Shown here in pieces: positions 36,742 through 45,052 of a DNA stretch of 64,000 nucleotides. The number at the start of each line of letters is the position of its first letter. Position 1 is the first letter of the stretch. Under the pieces are notes generated by a model. The model was given only the letters and a program-made list of their open reading frames with translations. It made no database searches and was not told the origin of the DNA. Source of the DNA: Verrucomicrobia bacterium UBA1412 (lineage in GTDB: Bacteria > Verrucomicrobiota > Verrucomicrobiia > Limisphaerales > UBA1412); NCBI GenBank assembly GCA_002305615.1, contig DBPU01000025.1, forward strand, positions 12,578 through 76,577, given 5' to 3'. The translations under genes and the position numbers were made by a program.

Positions 36742-38778
36742 ATGGAGTCAAATATTACTTTCATTACGGATTTTGCACTGGTGATGTTGGTGGCAAGTAT
36801 AGCAATGCTTGCCTTTCATCGCTTTAAGCAACCTGTTATTCTGGGATATATAGCTACAGGCTTTCTGTTGGGGCCTCACACCCCGTCCATATTAGGATTG
36901 GGTTTGAAGCACAAAGAAAACCTGGAGTCTATGTCGGAAATAGCGATTGTTCTGCTCCTGTTTTCTTTAGGTTTGGAGTTCAATATCCGCCGAATACGTC
37001 AGGTTGGTATGTCTTCGACTATTGCAGCAATATCGGAGATTGTCATGATGTTTGCTACGGGTTGCATCGTGGGAAGGCTTTTCGAATGGAAATTGATGGA
37101 TTGTCTTTTCATGGGTGCAATTCTGGCAACATCCTCAACCATGGTTATATCCAAGACATTAGCCGACTTGAAGATGCTCAAGGAGCGCTTTTCAGGAATT
37201 ATAATCGGTATCACGGTAGTAGAGGATATTGTGTGTATTTCACTTATGGCGATTTTGGCCAGTATCGCCATGACCGGTTCTTTTGCCATGAGTGAGCTCA
37301 CAAGTACTTTGGGTCGGTTAGGTTTGTTTTTTGTGCTTGCGTTAATCTTTGGCCTTCTATTGGTACCACGCCTGATGAATTATGTGGAGCGCTCAGGCAA
37401 AACAGAATTGATTTTAATCGTGTCCCTGGGGCTCTGTTTCGGAATGGCTCTCCTTGCAGAAAGGTTGGGTTATAGCACGGCATTGGGAGCCTTTGTCATG
37501 GGGGCTTTGATCGCTGAGACCCACATTATCCACAAAGTAGAAAGAGCGATTCAGCCGATTAAAGATATGTTTTCGGGAATCTTTTTCGTGGTGATCGGAA
37601 CGATGATTGATCCTCACGCTCTTCTCGAATATTGGGTGGAAATAGTCGTTTTGTTTTTCACCGTAATTATTGTTAAAACTCTCGCTTGTACCTTGGGTGC
37701 CCTGGCTACAGGAAACTCTTTTCCCACCTCCTTGAAAGTGGGCTTGGGAATGAGCAATGTGGGTGAGGTGAGTTTTATTATCTTAGCCCTGGGCCTTAGT
37801 TTGGGCGTTCTTGATGCATGGCTTTACCCCATTGGTGTTACGGTTGCCATTTCGACAATGATGGTCACTCCCTTTATTTTCAATCGTTCGGAAGGAATCA
37901 TTCGGGTTGTCAATAAATTGATTCCAAGGTCGATCATGCAAGCAATCGGCGTTTATTCAGGGTGGTATCAACAGCGAGGCCCAAGCCAGCGCGATATTTC
38001 AACGGAATTAGCCCGCAAATTCCTGATTAAGAATATGATAAATCTTACTATCGTAACGGCGGTATTAATCATAGCGGCTGTTTCGAATCACGGCATCAAA
38101 AACTATCTTGGCGATTCTCGTATTGCTCAACCTCTTTTTCAGAACATAGCCTGGTTGGTGGCTTTTGTCTTTTGTGTTCCTTTTCTTTTAATTACTCAGC
38201 AGAACCATGCCGCTCTTGCTCATTTAATCTCGAGAGAACGCTTGCCACAAAATCTGAAACACCTGCAGATACGGATTGAACGAGTCATTTCATTGGTTGG
38301 CTTTTTTATCCTGAGCGCTTACCTGGCAATGCTTATTTTGATCATTATGCCTGCGTCTCAATGGGGCGTCATTTATATTTTGGCCTTTATTGCAGGTGTC
38401 ATCGGATTCTTTTTACGCAACCAATTTGCAAGAGTTTATCAAAAAGCGGAGATAGAAATAGAAACGATTCTGACGCGCGAAAGTAGTCCTTCCGCTAAAA
38501 AGGAAATATCAGAAAGCAACCGAAGTGTTTTATTGAATGATACTCGAATGATCACCGTTCTTGAAAACGGATTGGGAGTAGGTAAAACGATACGAGAAAT
38601 TGACATCAGGAACTTAAGCGGTGCAACCGTGATTTCCATTGAAAGAAATAAGTCCATGATTGTAAGTCCTCGAGGGGAGGAAATTCTGGAAGAAGGGGAT
38701 CATTTACTGGTTTTGGGCAATACCGAGCAGCTGGGAAAAGCGGAACTTTTGATTAACGGTGAAGAAGCAAACTCTTAA
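36742..38778 (+). CDS. Cation:proton antiporter (CPA2/Kef-type) with a C-terminal TrkA-C (RCK_C) domain
   Basis: Start at ATG 36742 (MESNITFITDFALVML...). Na+/H+-exchanger family helices (GYIATGFLLGP, LLFSLGLEF) are followed by extra TM helices. C-terminal domain GVGKTIREIDIRNLSGATVISIERNKSMIVSPRGEEILEEGDHLLVLG. Confidence 0.85.
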   Translation: MESNITFITDFALVMLVASIAMLAFHRFKQPVILGYIATGFLLGPHTPSILGLGLKHKENLESMSEIAIVLLLFSLGLEFNIRRIRQVGMSSTIAAISEIVMMFATGCIVGRLFEWKLMDCLFMGAILATSSTMVISKTLADLKMLKERFSGIIIGITVVEDIVCISLMAILASIAMTGSFAMSELTSTLGRLGLFFVLALIFGLLLVPRLMNYVERSGKTELILIVSLGLCFGMALLAERLGYSTALGAFVMGALIAETHIIHKVERAIQPIKDMFSGIFFVVIGTMIDPHALLEYWVEIVVLFFTVIIVKTLACTLGALATGNSFPTSLKVGLGMSNVGEVSFIILALGLSLGVLDAWLYPIGVTVAISTMMVTPFIFNRSEGIIRVVNKLIPRSIMQAIGVYSGWYQQRGPSQRDISTELARKFLIKNMINLTIVTAVLIIAAVSNHGIKNYLGDSRIAQPLFQNIAWLVAFVFCVPFLLITQQNHAALAHLISRERLPQNLKHLQIRIERVISLVGFFILSAYLAMLILIIMPASQWGVIYILAFIAGVIGFFLRNQFARVYQKAEIEIETILTRESSPSAKKEISESNRSVLLNDTRMITVLENGLGVGKTIREIDIRNLSGATVISIERNKSMIVSPRGEEILEEGDHLLVLGNTEQLGKAELLINGEEANS

Positions 38779-38792
38779 AAAGTAGATTGACT

Positions 38793-39968
38793 ATGGACAG
38801 AAAGATATACTATTTCGACAATAATGCCACTACAGCCGTTGCTCCTGAGGTTTTTGAGGCAATGCAGCCCTATTTACAAAGTGAATGGGGTAATCCCTCC
38901 AGTGCGTATTTTTTTGGGCATCATTTGGGCAAAGCCATAGATGAGGCTCGGCAAAAAGTGGCTGCTTTGGTTGGGGCAGATCCCCGGGAGATCCTTTTTA
39001 CGAGCTGTGGAACGGAGAGCGACAACACAGCAATCTTCAGTGCGCTGGAAACCACGGGCAAGCGGCATATAATCACGAGTGCTGTGGAGCACTCGGCGAT
39101 CATGAGCCATGCCGCCTTCCTTCAGCAAAAAGGATACGAAGTAACCTATTTGCCGGTAAAGTCCGATGGCACTCTGGACCCGGCCCAGGTTGCTCAGGCG
39201 CTCCGTCCTGATACTGCCTTGGTTTCGCTCATGTATGCTAATAACGAAACCGGCGTTATCTTCCCTATAGAGGAAGTTGGGAAGCTATGCAAGAAGGTCA
39301 AGGTGTTGTTTCATACCGACGCGGTTCAGGCTCCGGGAAAGCTCAAAATAGATGTGAAAGAGATGAATGTGGACTTCCTTTCTCTTTCAGCACATAAACT
39401 CCATGCCCCCAAGGGGATTGGAATGCTTTACGTTAAGCATAGAACTCCATTTAAACCCCTCATCATCGGGGGGCATCAGGAGCGTAAGCGCCGTGGGGGA
39501 ACTGAAAATGTGCCTTATATTATAGGCTTTGGTAAGGCTGCTGAGATGAGTCTTTCTTTGTTTTCAGATGAAAATACCCGCGTGAGAGCTCTGAGAGATC
39601 GCTTGGAAGAGGGTATTCTTTCGACCGTTCCGAATACCCGGCTAAATGGGCACAAGAGCTTGCGTATGCCCAATACTACCAACATTGCTTTTGATTATAT
39701 CGAAGCAGAGGCAATCATCATGATGTTCGATCAGTTGGGTATTTGTGTCTCCAGCGGCTCTGCCTGTACAACAGGATCAATGGATGCCTCTCACGTTTTG
39801 AGCGCGATGGGGCTTTCAGCCATGCAGGCAAGGGGAAGTGTTCGTTTTAGCCTCAGTCGCTACAATCGGGAAGAAGAGGTCGATTTTGTTTTGAAGCATC
39901 TGCCCCCGATCGTTTCCAAGCTGCGGGCAATGTCACCTTTGAGTGAAGCGCACCCGGATAATGTTTAA
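38793..39968 (+). CDS. Cysteine desulfurase (NifS/IscS-like, class V aminotransferase)
   Basis: YFDNNATT, FTSCGTESDN, SLSAHKLHAPKGIG (PLP lysine) and SSGSACTTG (active-site Cys loop). Confidence 0.88.
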   Translation: MDRKIYYFDNNATTAVAPEVFEAMQPYLQSEWGNPSSAYFFGHHLGKAIDEARQKVAALVGADPREILFTSCGTESDNTAIFSALETTGKRHIITSAVEHSAIMSHAAFLQQKGYEVTYLPVKSDGTLDPAQVAQALRPDTALVSLMYANNETGVIFPIEEVGKLCKKVKVLFHTDAVQAPGKLKIDVKEMNVDFLSLSAHKLHAPKGIGMLYVKHRTPFKPLIIGGHQERKRRGGTENVPYIIGFGKAAEMSLSLFSDENTRVRALRDRLEEGILSTVPNTRLNGHKSLRMPNTTNIAFDYIEAEAIIMMFDQLGICVSSGSACTTGSMDASHVLSAMGLSAMQARGSVRFSLSRYNREEEVDFVLKHLPPIVSKLRAMSPLSEAHPDNV

Positions 39969-40082
39969 AGTTGATCTACCATCAGGTTTTTTATACCCCA
40001 CCGTTTGACGTCCAAAAATAATTGTGCTACCTTTTCCCTATAGTGTTTGATGGACTATGGTGTCTGTCATTCATAGATTGCT

Positions 40083-40403
40083 GTGGCTAGACTAGATAAA
40101 TCATTTTTTCCTTCCAGCGCAAGCGGTTCCGAAGAGGATGTTGAATCCCAGATGTTACTGCAAGGCTCTTATCGAGTGCGCGAAGGGGGAATAGAGTTTC
40201 ACTCTGAAAAAGAAGTGGGTCTCTACACAGAAATGCACTTGCGGGTGCAAGGCTCGGAATCCAATAAAACAATCCTTTTTAATGGCGTTGTGGTCGGCTG
40301 TACGGGCAACAAACACCAGGGTTTTCAAGTATCTCTGGCGTTCACAAATATTACAAAAGAGGCTCAACTTTCTTTATTCGAGATGTATTGGGCTCAGATG
40401 TAG
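40083..40403 (+). CDS. Small hypothetical protein (possibly PilZ-like beta-barrel)
   Basis: GTG start at 40083 (alternative ATG at 40152) and no clear RBS. Followed 13 nt later by a good terminator. The pattern VVVGCTG...GFQVSLAFTNI loosely recalls PilZ-type barrels, but no RxxxR/DxSxxG motif is seen. Confidence 0.45.
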   Translation: MARLDKSFFPSSASGSEEDVESQMLLQGSYRVREGGIEFHSEKEVGLYTEMHLRVQGSESNKTILFNGVVVGCTGNKHQGFQVSLAFTNITKEAQLSLFEMYWAQM

Positions 40404-40415
40404 TTTATTTGATAG

Positions 40416-40445
40416 CGGTGTTTCTCATGTGGGGACACCGTTTTT
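40416..40445 (+). terminator. Rho-independent terminator after 40083..40403
   Basis: CGGTGTTTC (40416-40424) pairs with GGGACACCG (40432-40440), including 2 G-U pairs, across a 7-nt loop, then TTTTT. Confidence 0.7.
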
Positions 40446-40450
40446 AACAT

Positions 40451-40486
40451 AAAAACGGCTTCCTAGTCAGACTGGGAAGCCTTTTT
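40451..40486. terminator. Bidirectional terminator, mainly serving the minus-strand operon ending at 40531
   Basis: GGCTTCCTAG (40457-40466) pairs with CTGGGAAGCC (40472-40481), with one wobble and a 5-nt loop. Flanked by A5 on the left and T5 on the right. Confidence 0.7.
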
Positions 40487-40530
40487 GATATTAAGATCGT
40501 TTTGTATTACTCGTTTATAGAAGAGAAATC

Positions 40531-40968
40531 TTATTGAGCGGGGGGCTGTGCTCCTTTAGACGGTTGTTGTTTTTGCTGTACCAGGATAACGGGTACCGGA
40601 ACTCGAAGCTTCATCACCTCATCAATCAACACTTCAATAGTATAGGTCCCTTGTTCTTTAAACTCTACCTGACCGAACACAGAAACATTAGTAGTATTCT
40701 GGGCGGGATTGTGTAAGGCAAACTTGAAAGCGCTCTTGCGTAATACGGTCGTGCCGTCCGGAGCGACTAAACGCACTTCCTGGTTAAATTCGCCGATACC
40801 GGCTGTCCAGCGATTGAAGACGCAAAGTTTGTAGGCCGCAATTGGAAGTTGGGGAACCCGAACTTCCGAAATAACGCCAACGATAATAAAATTACCGGAA
40901 GACTCTACGCGCACATCTTCGCAGAGAAGAGAAGCCTGCAGGTCGGGTAAAATACGGGATGCATTCAT
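40531..40968 (-). CDS. Hypothetical protein (145 aa)
   Basis: Clean ORF 23 nt downstream of folD and last gene of the operon. The predicted all-beta N-terminal ~125 aa (LLCEDVRVESSGNFIIVGV...) is followed by a Gln/Pro-rich tail. I cannot place it in a family. Confidence 0.65.
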   Translation of the reverse strand: MNASRILPDLQASLLCEDVRVESSGNFIIVGVISEVRVPQLPIAAYKLCVFNRWTAGIGEFNQEVRLVAPDGTTVLRKSAFKFALHNPAQNTTNVSVFGQVEFKEQGTYTIEVLIDEVMKLRVPVPVILVQQKQQPSKGAQPPAQ

Positions 40969-40991
40969 ATTATTCTGTAATGATTTTTTAG

Positions 40992-41900
40992 TTAATGGGG
41001 TTTATCTTGTTTAGAAACACTTCCCGCAGCCATTCGGGCGGCACGAACTGTGTTCTTCATCAAAATGGCAATTGTCATAGGGCCTACACCTCCGGGGTTT
41101 GGAGTGATTCTCCCGGCAATGGGTTGCACGGCTTTGAAGTCTACATCGCCGACTAGACGTGAACCTTTGGGAGAGGAGGGATCAGCAATACGGTTTACGC
41201 CGACATCAAACACTATGGCATTGGGTTTAACCATATCAGCTTTGACAAACTCAGGTACTCCCAGCGCCGCAATGAGGATATCCGCTGAGCGACAAAGCTC
41301 GCCGATGTTTCGGGTGTGAGAGTGGCAGATCGTGACCGTCGCATCTGCATAGGGGGCTTTCTGGACCAGGATGGAAGCCATCGGCTTTCCTACGATATTG
41401 CCTCTGCCTAAAATAACGACGTGTGCACCGCAAGTTTCAATCTTATACCTCTTGATCAGCTCGTGAATGCCGCCCGGAGTACAGGGTACAAAACCATCGT
41501 CATCGCCCAGCATCAACTTTCCCACATTAATTGGGTGGAACCCATCTACATCTTTAGAGGGGGAGACGGTCTCGAAGACTTTTGCCTGACGAATGTGCGA
41601 GGGGAGGGGGGCCTGCACCAGAATTCCATGCAGAGAAGGGTCGTTGTTAAGATCGTTTATGAGCTCCAGGAGTGCACGTTCAGAGGTATTCTCGGGCAGG
41701 ACATAAAGCCTGGATTGAATACCAAGCTTGGCTGCCGTTTTTTCCTTCATCCCTACATAAACCTTCGATGCAGGGTCTTCACCAACTCTTACAAAGGCGA
41801 CCGACGGCAAGATTCCTTGAGCCAGAAGTTCCTGAACCTCACGTTCAGTTTCAGTCTGCAACGTTGCCGCAATGAGCTTACCGTCTATGAGGTTATCCAT
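40992..41900 (-). CDS. folD: Bifunctional methylenetetrahydrofolate dehydrogenase / methenyltetrahydrofolate cyclohydrolase
   Basis: ASKVYVGMKEK, VILGRGNIVGKPMASIL and NPGGVGPMTIAILM. 302 aa. Confidence 0.93.
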   Translation of the reverse strand: MDNLIDGKLIAATLQTETEREVQELLAQGILPSVAFVRVGEDPASKVYVGMKEKTAAKLGIQSRLYVLPENTSERALLELINDLNNDPSLHGILVQAPLPSHIRQAKVFETVSPSKDVDGFHPINVGKLMLGDDDGFVPCTPGGIHELIKRYKIETCGAHVVILGRGNIVGKPMASILVQKAPYADATVTICHSHTRNIGELCRSADILIAALGVPEFVKADMVKPNAIVFDVGVNRIADPSSPKGSRLVGDVDFKAVQPIAGRITPNPGGVGPMTIAILMKNTVRAARMAAGSVSKQDKPH

Positions 41901-41908
41901 TTGCGTTA

Positions 41909-43000
41909 TTACCTGCGATTGAGCAGCTCAATGGTCCTCACAGTGAGGAGGGGATGATTTCTCCAGCGAGAATCGATAGATTCGGGACCTCTGACATGAA
42001 CCTTCTTACCTGAGTATTTCTTCAAAACAATGTCGCTGTTTGTGACATAAAGATAGTTAATCAACCGATTGTTTTGAATACTGTAAAGACCATAAGGACT
42101 GGGCGCTGCAGGGCTGCCAGTAGGACGCACAACACCCTCTCTGAGCACGATTCTTTCCATGGAGTCCGCTGTTGTAAGAGGAGTGACTACGGATTCGGGG
42201 GCCGGTTCCGGCTGCTGTACCTCAGGCTGCTTTGCTTCAACAGGAGAGACAGGCATGGTTACAACCGGGGCGACAATCGTCGGAGCAACGGCAGTCGGAG
42301 GTGCAGGCTCTTTAGCAGGCGGAGGGGTAGTGATTTCAACCGGCTGTGGCACGGCAACCACGATCTCTTCAGCGGGCTCCGCTACTTCCTCTATAGCCTG
42401 TGGCTCAGGTTCCACCCGAACAACCGGGGGTGCTTTTGCCGGCGTAACTTGGACTGTGGATGCAACGGAAGGTTCGACTTTTTCCTCTGTCTTGGCGGGT
42501 TCATCCGTCTTAATCCCAGCATCAACAGGAGGCATTTTATCAGTCAGAGTGACAAAAGATTCAGCTATAAAGCCGTAGGAATCAGTGACCATAACTTTCG
42601 TCCAGTCACCTTGTGTTTCCAAGCGCTTGACGGTTTCACCCCGATTGATTTGGCCGATTTTTTTATGACTTGTTCCGGGGCCTTCACGCAAGTTGAGCTG
42701 ATCAGCCTGGACCTGGTCCTTATCATTCAGATAGGAACTTTTTATCCAAGCGTTCGTGGAGGTCAGCCGGACTTTAATCCAGGAAATGGGTTCATCCTTG
42801 TGGGAGGGCGTGATTTCGTGCCTTTCCACTGCAATCAACAAGGTATCGTTTTCGACTTGCTCAACAATCTCTGCAGTGATGGAGGGCGCCTTGCGGACGT
42901 TTACACGGTCACCTTTCACAATCGCACCCATATCTGCAGAAGCAGCCCATTGTCCTAGGACTGCCAGGGATAAGATTAAGAAATATTTCATCGCACTCAT
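41909..43000 (-). CDS. Secreted SH3b-domain protein with a Pro/Ala/Val/Glu-rich linker
   Basis: Signal peptide. Two SH3b-like segments (GDRVNVRKAPSITAEIVEQV and LNLREGPGTSHKKIGQINRGETVKRL), a ~130-aa low-complexity linker, and a conserved-looking C-terminal ~90 aa. Confidence 0.75.
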   Translation of the reverse strand: MSAMKYFLILSLAVLGQWAASADMGAIVKGDRVNVRKAPSITAEIVEQVENDTLLIAVERHEITPSHKDEPISWIKVRLTSTNAWIKSSYLNDKDQVQADQLNLREGPGTSHKKIGQINRGETVKRLETQGDWTKVMVTDSYGFIAESFVTLTDKMPPVDAGIKTDEPAKTEEKVEPSVASTVQVTPAKAPPVVRVEPEPQAIEEVAEPAEEIVVAVPQPVEITTPPPAKEPAPPTAVAPTIVAPVVTMPVSPVEAKQPEVQQPEPAPESVVTPLTTADSMERIVLREGVVRPTGSPAAPSPYGLYSIQNNRLINYLYVTNSDIVLKKYSGKKVHVRGPESIDSRWRNHPLLTVRTIELLNRR

Positions 43001-43740
43001 ATGCCTAGTAAAAGCTGTATTTCAGTTTTTGTCAATAACCGCCATTTGCCTAAAGTCATTTTGTCTAATTTCACCGGGCCAACCTGCTCTCGCCTCAAGA
43101 CTAAAACGATGAGTTGCAAGCAGTCGAGGATGCGGCGGATTTCCCGGTTTTTCCCTTCGCGAAGAGTGATGGCCATACAGGTTCGAGTGTTGTTTGATTT
43201 CAACACGTCAACAGCCGATGCTTTTAAAAAATCACCCTGGTGGTGGACTCCATTAAGCATTTGGGAGATGGTCTCTCTGGAGATGGCTCCCTTCACCTCT
43301 ACATAGTAAATTTTATCGATCCCCTTGGAGGGATGCGTGATGCGATTGCAAAACTCCCCATCGCTGGTCAGAAGGATGAGTCCTTCTGAGTCGTAGTCCA
43401 GCCGGCCAACAGGATATACGTGGCTCATCTCAGGAGGGATGAAATCCATGACTGTCGGGCGCCCTTGAGGATCACTGCGGGTGCAGACCACATTGCGCGG
43501 CTTGTAAAGGGCCAGATAAATTTTTCTGCGTGCCTTAACAACGTGCCCTTCTACAAGTACCCGATCGACATCCGGGGTAACTTTTGTGCCGAGCTCAGTC
43601 ACGCGGGTCCCATTAACGAACACCTTCCCCTCCAATATCAACTGCTCGCTTGCCCTGCGAGAGCAAACTCCTGTCTCAGACAGATACTTCTGGAGACGAA
43701 TTTTGGGATTATCCACAATTAAAAATAAAACGGGAACCAT
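42997..43740 (-). CDS. Pseudouridine synthase, RsuA/RluB family (S4 domain plus catalytic domain)
   Basis: S4 domain IRLQKYLSETGVCSRRASEQLILEGKVFVNG and catalytic motif GRLDYDSEGLILLTSDG. 4-nt overlap with the downstream gene. Confidence 0.88.
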   Translation of the reverse strand: MVPVLFLIVDNPKIRLQKYLSETGVCSRRASEQLILEGKVFVNGTRVTELGTKVTPDVDRVLVEGHVVKARRKIYLALYKPRNVVCTRSDPQGRPTVMDFIPPEMSHVYPVGRLDYDSEGLILLTSDGEFCNRITHPSKGIDKIYYVEVKGAISRETISQMLNGVHHQGDFLKASAVDVLKSNNTRTCMAITLREGKNREIRRILDCLQLIVLVLRREQVGPVKLDKMTLGKWRLLTKTEIQLLLGI

Positions 43741-43803
43741 CCTTCAAAGGAGAAGAGACGATTCCCAAAAACTGAGCATCAGCAGCCGAAACGCTGCATA
43801 AAA

Positions 43804-43959
43804 TTATGCTACGAATTTCGTCTTTTTCAGATTAAAAACCCGATCGCCTTCACGCCACTCTTTGCGTTTTTTCAAAACTTCAACGCGCTCCTGGCGCTTG
43901 AGAACATTCCGTTTTGCGCCCAAAGAAGAAGCACTCTTTAAACTATTATGCAATGACAT
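43804..43959 (-). CDS. Small basic protein (51 aa), PVC-type
   Basis: Below the ORF-track length cutoff. Hand translation of the minus strand from ATG 43959 to TAA 43806-43804: MSLHNSLKSASSLGAKRNVLKRQERVEVLKKRKEWREGDRVFNLKKTKFVA. The R-N-V-L-x-R-x-E-R core and size match the 'small basic protein' family of Planctomycetes/Verrucomicrobia/Chlamydiae as I remember it. First gene of the rluB-like/SH3/folD operon. Confidence 0.7.
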   Translation of the reverse strand: MSLHNSLKSASSLGAKRNVLKRQERVEVLKKRKEWREGDRVFNLKKTKFVA

Positions 43960-44160
43960 ATCTAAATCAAAATAAAAATCAACCTACCTCGGGCCCCTCG
44001 CCCGGCAGGACCCCTATTCTGCCAAAGAAGCAGGAAAATGCAACTAGTTTTTAGCTTCATTATTCAAGACTTTGGAAAGAGGCCCGGTTTTGGCGTCGGA
44101 TTCGTCATGGCTGCGCAATAAAGGGAAGTATCGCTTAAGCAGTTTACAGTATCTGCAACC

Positions 44161-44188
44161 TTGTCTTTTTGACGAATCAGGATAGAAT
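44161..44188 (+). promoter_or_regulatory. Candidate promoter for the sugar-phosphate isomerase gene
   Basis: TTGTCT (44161-44166), 16-nt spacer, TAGAAT (44183-44188), 21 nt upstream of ATG 44210. Confidence 0.4.
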
Positions 44189-44209
44189 GGGTGCGTTGTA
44201 TTTTGCATT

Positions 44210-45046
44210 ATGAATAGACGTGGTTTTTTGAAGTCTGCTGGCTTGGGATTGGCAGCAATGGGAGTGTTGGGAACATCTGCTCAAACGAATTCAGTAAGCG
44301 AAACGAAGGCGAATAATCGTTCATTCAAGCTGGGGTGTGCCGGCTATACGTTTGTGCGGTATGATCTGGATAAATCTTTAGAAATGATGCATCGAGTGAA
44401 TGTGCGTCAGATGTCCCTCAAGGATTTCCATCTTCCCATCAATGCCAGCGATGAAAAAATCCAGGAAGTGCTCTCCAAATTTAAGTCGCGAAACATCACC
44501 CCATATGGTGTGGGGCCAATCTATATGCGCAATGAAGCCGAGGTCACCAACGCTTTCCAATATGCGAAAAAGGTTGGGGTAAAGCTGGTGATTGCCGTTC
44601 CCAATTATGAACTCCTGCCTTTAGTTGAAAAAAAGGTCAAAGAATATGATTTCAAAGTAGCTATTCATATTCATGGACCCGATATCGCTATTTTCCCTCA
44701 TGCGGCAGATGTATGGGAGCACGTCAAAGGTCTGGATGAAAGAATCGGCATTTGTCACGATATTGGGCATACCGTGCGGCTGGGGATTAATCTCATAGAA
44801 GATATCAAGAAGTATAGCTCCCGAATCTACGACATGCACATCTGGGATGTGGATAAAGCTGAAAAGTCAGGGCATTGTGTCGAGGGCGGAAGGGGTATCA
44901 TTAACTTCAAAGAGCTTTTTGATACTTTGCAGGAAGTGGGGTACTCCGGGGTGTGCAGCTTGGAGTATACAAAAGATATGAATGATGTTCTTCCGGGAGT
45001 GGCCGAATCCATTGGCTATTTCAATGGTGTCCTGAGCTTGAAATGA
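44210..45046 (+). CDS. Tat-signal sugar phosphate isomerase/epimerase (xylose-isomerase-like TIM barrel)
   Basis: MNRRGFLKSAGLGLAAMGVLG twin-arginine signal. AP-endonuclease-2/xylose-isomerase-like barrel pattern (IHIHGPD, ICHDIGH, SLEYTKD). Confidence 0.8.
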   Translation: MNRRGFLKSAGLGLAAMGVLGTSAQTNSVSETKANNRSFKLGCAGYTFVRYDLDKSLEMMHRVNVRQMSLKDFHLPINASDEKIQEVLSKFKSRNITPYGVGPIYMRNEAEVTNAFQYAKKVGVKLVIAVPNYELLPLVEKKVKEYDFKVAIHIHGPDIAIFPHAADVWEHVKGLDERIGICHDIGHTVRLGINLIEDIKKYSSRIYDMHIWDVDKAEKSGHCVEGGRGIINFKELFDTLQEVGYSGVCSLEYTKDMNDVLPGVAESIGYFNGVLSLK

Positions 45047-45052
45047 AGTAAC

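Noticed and set aside
42074-42958. 294-aa plus-strand ORF, the longest unassigned ORF in the track
   Set aside because: It is antisense to the SH3b/Pro-rich protein gene. The sense strand has a signal peptide, SH3b motifs and operon context. The antisense product is Arg/Cys/Gly/Phe-rich low-complexity sequence, as expected opposite a P/A/V/E-rich coding region that lacks stop-complement codons.
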